From the NCBI GenBank assembly GCA_030704615.1, contig CM060732.1:44268001-44332000 (forward strand): a stretch of DNA of 64,000 bases, in the 5' to 3' direction. This document shows, in pieces, positions 48,634-62,042 of this stretch. Every line of letters starts with the position of its first letter. The stretch's first letter is position 1. The notes below the pieces were generated by a model. It was not told the origin of the DNA, ran no database searches, and saw only the letters and a program-made list of their open reading frames with translations. Source of the DNA: Takakia lepidozioides. Taxonomy: Eukaryota > Plantae > Bryophyta. The translations under genes and the position numbers were made by a program.

Positions 48634-48657
48634 TTAAAGTATAATCCACATGCAAAA

Positions 48658-48668
48658 TTAGGGTTAGG
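48658..48668. promoter_or_regulatory. Telo-box-like motif in RPS3 promoter
   Basis: TTAGGGTTAGG about 95 bp upstream of the ATG. Telo-boxes are typical of plant ribosomal protein promoters. Confidence 0.45.
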
Positions 48669-48759
48669 TTGTGGGTGTCACGCATTAAGGGGTTCGCTCT
48701 CGAGCGAAGCGTTCCTCTTTCTGTTTGCCTCTTGCGGCCTGGGCAAGCGGACAGCAGTC

Positions 48760-50354
<1,595 letters not shown>

Positions 50355-50719
50355 GGCAGACTTGCAATCCAAGGCTTGTCTTCGCTGTAAAATGTAAGAG
50401 GGCTGAGCCCTGCTTGTTCAAGTTCAAGTAAATTTTTGGAAGTCACCCATTTTGTCTCAAGTAGCTGATGATCTCATGATTGATCTTAAGTACTTGTATA
50501 AACATGTCAAATGTCTGGAGGCTGATCCATATTTTTGATGTTGTCTTTTGTAATGTACATTGCTGTAAGAAGTGAGGTAGTTTGTAGGAGAACTCATCTA
50601 AAGCCTCATCCATATCTTTGGAGACAACAAAAACTTTTAAGCTTGCAGAGAAGCTTCACAGGAGGACAATGCAATTATTCAGATGCACATGTGATTGGCC
50701 AAGATTTCTGACAGAGTAA

Positions 50720-50990
50720 GTCTGCATCAGATTCATCCAGGTGCTCTTAGTTCCCTCCGAGCAGCTCTTTTAACATTTGGATAGCGTAAAACCCTGGCCC
50801 TGTTGGGGTCTAATTTCTGGGCATCTCACATGCATCAGATTGATGCTTGTGTGAAGGGTTTCTAGAGGAAATCTGGAAGGCCCAATATCAAGATGAGTCT
50901 CACTACTGGAGTGAGTTCCTCACAAATCCCTCTTGTTCTGCCCAAACTGGGTGCACGGTCTATGGCCACGAGGTTTTGACAAACAGCCAG
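50720..50990 (+). mobile_element. Degenerate 3' end of the same LINE family as 10484-11516
   Basis: Aligns with ~11230-11505 (CAGATTGAT.CTTGTGTGAAGGG..TCTAGAGGA.ATCTGGAA; CAAACTGGG...GGTC.ATGGCCAC.AGG). Confidence 0.75.
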
Positions 50991-51289
50991 AGAATTTGTT
51001 TGAATAGAGCTTTTCATAATGCCCCCCTCATATGATTGACCTGCGAGAATAGATTTGTTTCCTTCATTGCAATGGTCATTGCAAAAACTTTTAACCTTCA
51101 ATACAAAAACCCTTGTAGAAAGACAGCTATGGATATGCACCGCGCCATCATGGATGACGATTCGAAGGTCACTGTTGACCTCACAAGAAACAATATACCT
51201 AGTAGGAAATGAACCATGTAGGAAGTTAAGGGAAGGGAACGTGTGAAAAAAAAGGGAAACGACGGAAAGAAAAAGATGGACGGAGCGTA

Positions 51290-52070
51290 CTTGGCATCCA
51301 ACCGATCAATAAATCCTCCCGCTGCTTGAGGCATTTATGAAATTGATCTAGGGCCGCTTCTCTGGCATCACGATTTGCTGTGGTCCCACACCACAGCGTA
51401 TGAAAGTGTTGGGGAAACGCAATTGCCATGTCCCCGACTGTTCTTATTCTGATGAGAGAAGTATTTGCGTGTATTTTCTGCGATGCGTACTTGTGGTGGG
51501 CTGGACTGTTTCTTGTGAGAACATCGACGATTTCGTCCAGCTCAGACTTGGCATGAATGGGGTATGGCATATTGCCAAACACGAAAGACCCCAAATTGAG
51601 CAGTATGGTAGCAGATGCTTGGACAACTCTGCGTCCAGATAGAGATTCAGATAGTATTTTAAGCATGTTTGTCAACGGGTTATCAAAAATGCTGGAAACA
51701 GGCAAAGTTCGTGTCCACTTGAAGCATCCACAGGATGTGGATCAATCTGATGATCATAGGGGATGTGGCTGGGTCGTTGGTGTTTGCTCCTCGCCTAGCC
51801 ACTGCCATGACGTCCAAGATATGTTTGCATCCTTCATCTAAATGATCCCAGCAGTAAGTGCTCAAACATGCCAGGCGGTGAGTGGTCAGTATTACCCATA
51901 TCGGGGACCAACCCTATTGTTTTTCTACTTCCACACAGACCCTCATTTGATCCCATTCCTCCAATTTTGACTTTACATACGTCTCCCTCAATCCAAATAG
52001 TTCTGTCTGTGCAACAAGGAACTTTTGGTCATGCGCTTGCATGCGTTCTCGAAAAGCATGCATGGTACCA
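51290..52070 (-). pseudogene. Pseudogene of unknown family (~260 codons, one stop, one frameshift)
   Basis: ORFs 51914-52135 and 51683-51865 are in the same frame across one stop, then frameshift into 51226-51705. Protein-like composition. Confidence 0.45.
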
Positions 52071-52322
52071 CTACAACAGATGAGCGTTTTTATGACTGTA
52101 AATATGACTATTTTTTCAGTCCTATATGCGTTCATGACTACATGACTCTGAAGTGAAAAAAACGGGGTGATAGCGACTAGACTTTAGGACTGCGTTTTGC
52201 AAGTCATAGCCGTGATTACGTGCGTGGCACTTGGAGTCATGCAGAGGAGAGTGATGTAGTCACAACAACATTACTAGAGTTCTGGTACTACTAGAACGAA
52301 GGACTCTATTTACAACTATCGA

Positions 52323-52452
52323 GTGCAATACTCCTTACAACTGCATTTGGCCAACAACTCCGAAACGAACTTGGTGGCAGTGTGGCAGTCACCACACATC
52401 CGAAGATTCTTCACGAGATGGAGAGACATCCCTGCAGCTCATCAGCCCAAAA
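52323..52452 (-). pseudogene. DYW-domain C-terminal remnant
   Basis: FGLMS../GMSLHLVKNLRMCGDCHTATKFVSELLAKCSCKEYC, with an internal deletion. Confidence 0.8.
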
Positions 52453-53724
52453 CCTCGATTGTCCCACCATTGATTGGGGTCAGAAAAGTTCCACAGCTTC
52501 TCCTCGTCTCTGTTACCTGTTTTTTGATACTTTCCTGTTGTCACGTTGGCAATTTCATGTCAAAGTCACTCCAAACTATCAAAGGTTCACTCAACCAACT
52601 AACTTGTAGAATTCATAATGAAAATTGAGGGCCGATTATGATAAGAGGGAAAAACAGGGTGAAATGTGTTGAAGAAGATACCTTGATTAACAGTGCTTGA
52701 TTTGATCAATTGTGTCACTGCTACTGCGGCTTCTAGTTGACCATCTATCTATGCAGGTTTCTTGTACCTATCCTTCCACAGCGAATCATAGGTAATCTGG
52801 AGCATGAAATTCGGCCCTCTTGGATGAATCTGGACCCACACTCTATCCCTGCTTCTTCAGCTATCCATGCCTCTGCACAAATCATGCATACATCCTCACT
52901 TTGCTGCTAGCAGCTGACAATGACAGCCTAAAATTGTTCCAGCAAACACCCCAACCCTACTTATCACACTAGTTCATATGCTCAATTGCATCTGCTACTC
53001 TCTATAATCCAACAGGCGTTCACCTTCTTGCCTCGATTGTCCCACCATTGACTGGGTTAGAAAAGTATTCATTCCACAGCTTCTCCTCGTCATTTGCCCC
53101 TAGGTCTCCAAAGCCTCCATCCCGCGCCCTTGCTGTGCATACCCTGCAATCATCACACTCCACGACACCACATGTCGTTCAGCCATACTGTCAAACACTC
53201 CCTTTGCATCCTCAATGCACCCACATTTGGCATACATGTCCACCAGGTAGTGTTCATCGCGTCTCAATCATCGCGTTCCATCCCTCGGCTACATGGTGCG
53301 GCGCAGGAGACAAAAAAACGCCAAATCCCAGCCCTCCTCTGTGTTCACGATTACCCTAATGGACAACCTTATTAGCAACTTTTTAACTTTTTAAAACCTA
53401 ATGGGCAACCTTATTAACAACTTTTTGACTTTTTAACCTTTTGCACTTTGATTCTTTCTAGGTCAGAGGCTAAAATCTTGCTACTAGGCTTGTCTAGAAA
53501 ACCAAAACACCACGTAGACAAACATTTGATAGTGGTAGTAAAATATATTACCATAGGGTTGGTTTGAACAGTTGTTAGTAAAGTTATAGTAGAAACATTC
53601 ACTTTGAGTTATTGAAATTGAAATATATATTATAAATTATATTTTCATAATTACAGGTGTCACTGTTTGACTTAGGGGTGGTAGAATAAAGGATTTTGTA
53701 GTGAAACTTTTGATAGTTGTAGTG

Positions 53725-56700
53725 ATTTTTATTTTTTTTATTTTTATTTTTTATTTTTTTCCAGAATCAGGGGGTTATATCCCTGATTTATTTATTATAA
53801 ATTATTTGATGGGGAAAAAAATTAAAACCCCGGTTACACCATGAGGTACACACATTGTGATCAGTGTAATAAGAACCAAACTCTTCGAACGGAGATTAAG
53901 TCCAGGATACAAAAATAATTCCTATCTGACTCTACAGTAAATGCAAAAAGAGCAAAGTTTGTTTCTACGAACCAAACAGCCTCCCTGTTGGCTAATCCAG
54001 GAGACCAAAAAACCGGGCACACTGCCCAAGACCTGAAACGAAGCTAAGGAGAGACGAGTGTTCTGTTGGATTTTCTAAGACTGTCTGAAAAGGCAGGGGA
54101 GTAGTGACGATGAGAGTAATTAGTCTTTTGACCTTCTCCAAAATAGAGATTGTGATCTATCTGTAGTGAAGCTTGGAAGTTGTCGAGGCGGGCTTCACTG
54201 TGCTTCCAGTTAATGTCCCTTTCAAATTCGGGGGAAAGAGTGTAGCTGCGAACGGAGATCTCGCCAGGCTGCTGGGGGGGAGGTCACTCCAGTAGCATCG
54301 GTCCTGCACAGGGCTGCTGCATACGATCCCATGTCTACCCCAAGTGTGCTGAAAGTTCCTGTGGATGGCCTCCGCGTTCGTGGCATCCCGCTGTATGACT
54401 GCACATATTTTGGCCCACGCCTTCCTAGTTTCAGTTTGTAAATCAAGAAATATAGTGGCCAGGAGGGCAAATATCGAAGTTGTATCTCCTAGAAAGGTAT
54501 TCTTGCATCTTAGTTTCCATAGATGCCACAAAGCTGATGCTCTTAAGGTTTAAAAAACAGGGCAGTTGATGGCTCTGTTTTTAGTGGTTGGATCATAGTT
54601 TAAGAGAATGATTGTGTCTGAAAGAGAAGAGGGGTTCCAGTTTTGATAGAAGGCTTTGATATAGGGCCAAATCTTTGCTGGGGCTTGGCAGGAAAGGAGG
54701 CAATGTTCTATCGATTCGATTACTGCAGTTGAACAGCAATCACTTAAAACGGAACCCTGAAACTGTAGCCATTCCCCAACTTTGAGAACCCTATTCACTA
54801 TCTGCCATAGGAAGGATGCAATCTTTGAAGTGCGGGATTTAATCCATACTGAACCCCAAATAGTCTTCCAGTTTTCATCACAGAAGTTGTACAATCCCCA
54901 TCTGGCTTCCCACTTCTTGTTCATAGGTTGAGACACAAATAAAGCTTTGTATCCTTTCTTGGTTGTGTAGGCAAATAAGGGTTTTGGAGCATTGTTGAAT
55001 TTCTAGGACCATTCTTGGGGGTCAATGTCCATCTCTGCAAGAGGTCTACCCAGAATCTAGACGAAGGTGTTAGAAAGAAACCATGACCTGGTTGTTGTAG
55101 TAAGGGGTGGTATAGGATCCATGGCTTTATCTGGGGCTGTCCAGCAGCAGATTCTCACCGGCGTTAGAGTCATGAGATTCAAGTGAATTGGGTTTGGGGA
55201 AGTAAGTGTAAGCCTAAGAGAGAAAGAGTCAATAGAGAAGGTGTATACTGACATATCATTCTGACTGAGTTCATCTAGAAACAGAATGGTAAGCTTGTTT
55301 TGCAGAATGACTAAAGCCCAAGAGTTGGGAGTTGGCTGCGGAGGGCCAAGTGCCAGGGTAGCCAGCCACTGTGGAAGGATTGTTTGAATAATATCCTGGT
55401 ATCCTTTGGATGCACGGGGCATCCCCACAAAACGGGCCATCGAATCTTGAGAGATAAGACTATCTCCCGACCATATGTTATGAATTTGTCTGACTCCGAG
55501 GCAGTCCCATTTGGACCATCTCATAGCCTGGTTTTTCTGAGGAGTAGTTAGAGGTATGTCATTGAGAAATAGGTGCTGTCTTTTGATCTCATAGAAGTTG
55601 CTTGGCTGGGCTTCTGTGAGCAGTTTTATGAGCCTACCCCATGTCAGCCAGATATTGGACCATAGAGAGGAGCTCACAGATTTAAGGTTGAAGCCTTGAG
55701 TGATCCAGCGCAATGAGGGGGTCCAAGGGGTGTTTTTGAGTGGTGAGGAATTGGCAATGTGGTCATAGACCAAAATTTTCCAGCATCCTCCTTTTGGTCC
55801 AAGAAAACGCGGTATCCATTTTCCAAGGAGGGCCACTATCTGTAACTCAGGATCCAGCATCCCCAGCCTTTTTTTTTTTTTGGTAAACAGATCTGTAACC
55901 AAGCTACTTGTGGTCTCTTGTTGTGATTGGAGCATTCTGCTCCCCATATGAAGTTCCGGAGGAGACGTCTGATTTCTTGCATCTGTTTAGAGTTCGAGCG
56001 CCATGAGGAGGCATAGTACCATAGACCAGCTGAATGAATTTGATTCACCACTAAGGCTCTACCAACGAGAGAGAGATGTTTTGACCCCCAGTAGGTCAAT
56101 TTTCTCTTTAGCTTGGTTAATGTAGAGGCAAAGATTTGTTGGTCTGTGAGGTTAATTCCAAAGGTATAACCTAACAAGGTGGTTGTTTCGCCAGGCTGGA
56201 GCCAACTGAGACCCTGATCCACCCCCCAAGAGGGTGGTGAGCCCATAGTGGATGCCGCTAGGTCACCAACGAGCAAGCCATAAGTTTTGTTCCAATTTAA
56301 TTTGAATCCCGAGGCTTTGCAAACGGTACGCAGAGTATGTCCTGCTTGGTCCAAGTTTTCTGACATCGCTTGCAGCATTAAAAAGGTGTCATCTACGAAC
56401 AAGAGTCAATCAGGTAGGTGTACTGGCCAGTGATATAGTTTGAGACCCTAAGGCCTTTTATGAATTGGTTTTGCTGCAACATATACCCTAGGGTATTTGC
56501 CACTACTAGATTCAGAAAGGGTGAGAGGGGACATCCCTGTCTAACCAATCGCTGAAGAGGGAAGGAAGAAGACAAGTGGCCATTTACAGTAACCCTACTG
56601 GTTGAAGAAGTAAGAAGAATCTTAACCTTGTTGCAAAAAGATTGAGGGAAGCCAAGTTTTACCAGGGCTGCAAGCAAGTAAGACCATTCCACCCGATCGA

Positions 56701-58004
56701 AAGCCTTAGAGAAGAAGGGCAATGGCTTGATTGGTCCTTAGGGCATAGTCTGGGTTTTCCTATGCAAAGAGGAGGTTGTCCAGAATATACCAGCCTTTAA
56801 TAAATCCTGTCTGGTTGGGCCGAATAATGGATGGTAGAAGAGGTTGAAGTCTAAAGGCGAGAGCCTTGGCTATGATTTTGTAGGCGACATTCAGAAGGGT
56901 TATAGGGCGGTAATTCGAAATATTCGTTCTATCCCCCTTTTTGTACAACAAAGTAATTACCCCTTGAGCCATTGAAGGTGACATCTGACCTTGCTAAAAC
57001 AGATGATTGGCCATAGCTGTAAAATCCCCTGAAATCTCTGGCCACAGTGCTTTATAAAACTCAACAGAAATGCCATCTATACCAGGCGATTTGTTGTTCT
57101 ACATCTTAGATAAAGCTTCTTCTAATTCCAATTCAGAGAAATCTCCCTCAAGCCGCGCGGCATATTCAGGAGAAAACATGGTAGGGGTGTGAATCAGACA
57201 GGTTGTTTGGTCATTAGAAGGATCTAGGGAGATGTTGTCACTGTGGAAAAGGTGCTGGAAATGGCCACCAGCAAGGGCCGCCATCGATTTAGGTGTTGTG
57301 TTTGAGATCCCGGATGGCTGGGCAACAAGTTCAGAGATGGTTTGAGAAGCTCTTCTCAATCTGGTTTTGTCGAAGAAGTATTTTGTCATCTTTTCCCCTT
57401 TTGTTGACCAGTTAACCCCCGCCTGTAACTTCCACTTTCTCTCCTGGATTTTGTGGTGAATGTCAAGATTGTTCCTGGCTTGGACATAAGTTTTGTAAGT
57501 ATCTTCATCGCACCGACTGGATTCCAATGCAGATTGGAATACTTTGAGGCATTTAGATAAGGCCCTAACCTTTTTCTTTCGAATGAGTGCTAATTCTCGG
57601 CTCATTTTTTGGCTTTCTGTATTGACCGCTTTTAGCCTGGCCAGGAAGAGCTCAGTTGGATTTAGGTCTGGGTTTCCAGCCTGAGACCAAGCCTGCAGGA
57701 GACCCTGTTTGAAGGAGGGTAATTTGAGGAGGAAATTATTCAGCTTGTAGAGGCCTCTGCCCCGTCGGCATGAATGAGGGATTGAGATAGAAAGGGTGAT
57801 TGGTGCATGGTCAAATCCCAAGAGAATGGGTTCCTGCGGGGCTCTTTTAGAGAATTGTACCAAATTGAGGGAAAGGTAAGCTCTGTCAAGTCGAGCCATA
57901 CTAAGGTCGGTGAGGGTTCTATTATTGGACCATGTAAAGGTGATGTTGGATGCTTGACCGAAAATAGGTGCTGCCTCCTTGAAAAAGTAATACCCGCCCA
58001 ACAC
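53725..58004 (-). mobile_element. 5'-truncated, frameshifted L1-clade LINE (APE, RT, zf-RVT) with A-rich tail
   Basis: FTWSNNR..ARLDRAY..FDHAPI (APE); NYRPITLLN, FSKAFDRVEW, RQGCPLSP, FVDDT (RT); ESIEHCLLSC. A-rich tail at ~53725-53760. Confidence 0.93.
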
Positions 58005-58008
58005 TGAT

Positions 58009-58084
58009 TTAGGGTTTAATGTTCATGTCCAGATTAAAATGTTCCAGATTTAGGGTTCAATGTTCCCAAGTGACTAAACCCTAA
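58009..58084. promoter_or_regulatory. Telo-box cluster upstream of the 58426 gene
   Basis: TTAGGGTTT at 58009-58017, TTAGGGTTC near 58049, AAACCCTAA at 58076-58084. Confidence 0.45.
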
Positions 58085-58425
58085 ACCCCTATAATTTGGT
58101 TGAAAGGGCGGACCGAGTGTGTTGTTTGTTCGGCAAGGAACACGAAGACATGGTGGAGGAAGACGAGGCTGTTGTCTAGTCAGCGTATGTCCAGTCAATG
58201 TGATGACGTTTCATTTCAGTAGGCTGAAACTACGTGCCAGCTCCGGTCTCACACACGTCTTCCGAATTCTTTCTTTCAACTCATATCCACTCTGCATGCG
58301 CGTACATTCTTGCATACAGAAGTCTTCGTGCGGTGTTTTAGGTCGTGGTGTGGAGAAGTACAAGTTCTGCAGTAGTTTGTGGCTTTCCAATTTTGATTGG
58401 ATTTGCCCAAGAGAAAGATTGTGCC

Positions 58426-60786
58426 ATGGATTTGTTGAAGAAGGCTGAAGAGATGATGAAGCTAAGTGGTCAAGGTGGATTTGGCCAACATGGAGGAAGC
58501 TCTGGAGGAGGCAGCCTGATGCACAGCGTTACGAACGTGCTATCTTCGCACAATAACTCGGGCAATTCCCAAGGTTCTGCGACCGGGCACGCGAATCGCA
58601 AACCGTCGTATAACGAGATGTACAGTGATGTGCAGGTAAGTGTGATGTTGGTTTCTTCGCTCGCAGTTTAGAGAAATCCTTGAAGCATTGTAACCTCTCA
58701 ACCTTCATCTGATTGTCAGTTGCGGTATGAAGATACTGTTACCATTGCAATGGCTTGATCAATGTCGCTTCTTTAGTGCAGCAGATGTCTTTAACTCAAC
58801 CGCTGCCCGTTAAGTTGATCGATTGCTGTAATGATATATATCGACAGTTCCCAAACATCTGCTTCCAATCCAATGCAACTAATATTTGCACGATCAGAAT
58901 TTTGATTGCGTAGGATCTTGATTTCATGTGATGCATATCTTTTGAATGAGTGCAATGGGTATGGATGCGCTACTAAGTATGTTCTCCGTGCAGATTTCTT
59001 CTACAAATTGAAATTTATCTGCCTTTCAATAGTCAGCTTGGATCAGTCTTGTTTACTGCATTGACGATCGTTTGAGTATTACATTTCAGTTGAAATGATG
59101 GTTTGGAATGGAGGACTTGTAGCGCTTGAGCCCTGTTAGTCGGTTATAGAAATGTACATGATAAGTTGTAGCGAGATCTTATCTATCTAAGTGGATTTTT
59201 ACCCAACCTTTGGAACCACAAGCCATTTTCAGAGGTCGCAGCTCTTCCTTCCGTCTTCGACTTTGAAAAGGGTTGCGTGGGGTTATCTATGGCAGCTCAA
59301 AGCTTAAGAGATAAGAGCAGTGCAAGGGAACAATCTGCTTATCTCACACACTTTCAACCTAAAAAGATCTAAGTCCGTACTGCACCTTACGTGGGACACT
59401 ACCCTACTTGAATATCACTGGAAACTATTGGGTTCATTACCCTCAACCACGGAACAGCTCTGAAAGCTTCTATGTGCAGGTGCTTTATGAGGCTGCAACA
59501 GGGAAGGGGAAAAATGAAAAGCCAATGGATACGGGCAAGCTTGCAGGTCCATCTGTTAAACAACATTATCTCCTGTATAATTATTTTAGCAATAGCCCTA
59601 GTGATCGATCCTGACACCCAGCTGCAGTACCAATTGACCTTGGAAGGCCACATTGGAGTGTTCTCTTGGGTGTCTCAGCTTGATATGACAGTTTGTGCTT
59701 TTTGTTCACCCAGGGTTGAATATAACAATTGCAGTAATTCTATCTTAGGTTTTTGCATAACCAACTCACTTATTGTTTGAATTACTCAACCTCCCAAGCA
59801 AGGGTGTAGTTGAATGTGTTATCCTGCAGTGAGGATCAAATGCGACCTCATTGCTGGAGCTTCACAACAGGAACAGGTGAGAGGTGAGAGGTCAAAGGCT
59901 CCATTTGGAACACTGCAGCAGGTTCTGTTGCAAACAGGGACTAGCCACTGAACAAATCCAATGTTTTCGGATGGATGTCAGATACCCGTAGTCTTGCGGT
60001 TTCAAACCAATTTGTCGAATGCACCTGAAAAATGTGGAGTAAAACTGTTTAGTTTACCCCACCTTTTCCCCTGCAAATTGCCTCAGCAACTTTGGTTAAC
60101 CAACAGAGCGGATACTTGCAGGTGCTGTGGGGGATCTGTTGGGAGGGATCTCTACAAATGGACATCTAGACCAGGGTCCATATGGCAAATATGTCGTCAA
60201 GGCAGAGGGATATCTCAATAGCTACGCCCAGAAGCATGGAAGCACTGCAGCAACAACTGCAGGGTATATTCCCGGGAGCCAGGCGACACCCTCTGCTCGG
60301 CCCTCATATCAGGGAGCACCTCCAGGTTATCCCCCTCAAGGTTATCCGGGCTATGAACCTCAGACGCAGCACGTTGGACGGCCCCAAGCTCAAGCATATG
60401 AGGGACAGGGCTATGAACCTCAGATGTATCATGGTGGAGGGCCCCAAGCATACCAGGGACAGGGGTACGAGCCACAAAGACACGAGTCTCTCGTTCAGGA
60501 TGGTGGAAGGCCCCAAGCATATCAGCCACAGGGGTACGAGCCACAAAGATACGAGCCTCTTGCTCAGCATGGTGGAAGGCTCCACGCTCCAGCATATGAG
60601 GGACAGGGCTATGAACCTCAGATGCGTCATGGTGGAAGGCCCCCAGCTCAAACCTACCCGGACCAGGGGTATGGGTCACAAAGTTATCAGACTCCTTACC
60701 CCCCTCAAGAATACCAGGCACCACAACAAAATTATCCACATCAAAATAACCAAGTACCTCCAGGATATCCACCTCAAGGTTATTGA
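58426..60786 (+). CDS. Nodulin-related protein (NRP1)-like protein with Q/G/Y/P-rich repeat C-terminus; 3 exons
   Basis: Exons 58426-58635, 59480-59546 and 60122-60786 join in frame. KPSYNEMYSDVQVLYEAA...KLAGAVGDLL...GHLD.GPYGKYVVKAEGYL resembles the NRP1 core. Confidence 0.75.
60345..60680 (+). repeat. Coding tandem repeats (GYEPQ...HGG.PQAY.GQ)
   Basis: About 5-6 units, e.g. GGCTATGAACCTCAGA and GGGTACGAGCCACAAAGA. Confidence 0.85.
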
Positions 60787-62020
60787 GTAGAGACTTAATT
60801 TCATTTTGGAGTTTCTCTATTCTCTTTGCTGGCACGGGCGCGACACCCTTTTTTGTTACGTGATGTGGTGGCATGTCCCAACAAGAACACAGCTTTACAA
60901 CAATTCACTGAAGATTTGTATACAACAGGAACCTGACCTCTTAGCAGCAATGCTTTCAGCAGTGCTTTCCTGCATCTATCTGAACACAGAAGCAAGCATG
61001 TCGATTGATGTACAGTGTTGACTATCACAAATAGAAGCTGTTTGCCACATGTTAGGCCTCAATCCAAACATATCTTGTTTGATTGAATTGTCAAAGCATG
61101 GTTTTGATGAGCCTAGTTGCCACAGGAATGTGGAAAGCCATATATCCGGCTTAGTTTGTAGTGCCCATGTATAGTTACATCTAGTCTAGTTAACTTAATC
61201 CTCTGATCAGACTAACGACGAACAGGATAGCAGCTTGGAGTGGGAATGTCCAGGATCAGTAAATTTCAACGTCAATCATCCCCACGCTGCCAGTGAGAAA
61301 TGAAGATGAACAGGAATGAAATGCACAACAGTTGGTCGATTGTGCTCATTCATTGCAGGGTGAATCGATGCCCAAGTTCGGGACAAGTTCCTCAGTTTGA
61401 ACTACCAGCCATGCAGCTTTTGTAAGCTTGGGAAACTTGTCATCTTCTATTAGTGAAATTCAAAAGGCATACATAGGAACCTCTTGTTTGGTACAAAAGA
61501 ACACCAGTAAGTACTTGCCTGTAACGAAAGGAAAGTAACCTTGTCATAGACTCATTTTGAAGGAAGGTGATTACCAGTAGCGAGCTAGACATGATCTGCG
61601 TGAAAAATTCTCTCTCATGAAACTGTAGCATGTCTGGTAGGGTCACCATCGGCTACATAAGATCTCTGACTGTCTTCAGGCATATTTTGCAACTTGCATG
61701 CATCAAATAAAACCAAAAACTTCAGGGAAAGCTGTGCACGAGACTGAATAATGTTAGAACTACCGGCCCAATTCGGTGATAGAGAATTGTTAGTGGGATA
61801 TCAAATGACTGTTCATGCTAATAACTTGGTGTAATATTTGAAGTCTCATTTGTACAGTTTGGAGTTTCAAAGTGTTGCAACACGCTGATGACATGAATCT
61901 CCACCAACTTTGACTATCCATCGTCACACAGAGGGGCATTGTCAGCACAAAGACCTATTCATTATCTAGGGGTAGCGCCTTTGGTCTCTCTCAAGAGCTA
62001 TATTATAAAGAAGGCGGTAT

Positions 62021-62042
62021 TCTCTCTCTCTCTCTCTCTCTC
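62021..62042. repeat. (CT)n microsatellite, 5'UTR/promoter-like context
   Basis: Run of TC dinucleotides downstream of TATTATAAAG. Confidence 0.8.

Noticed and set aside
47913-48644. 243-aa ORF as a piggyBac transposase
   Set aside because: No DDD or Cys-rich domain motifs; a chance ORF in a GC-rich non-autonomous element.
58009-58090. Interstitial telomere or chromosome-fusion scar
   Set aside because: Only isolated 1-2 unit motifs in a promoter position; telo-boxes are the simpler explanation.
60182-60874. Long overlapping alternative-frame and antisense ORFs
   Set aside because: Shadows of the repetitive coding exon. The same applies to the antisense ORFs over the PPR and APC2 exons.
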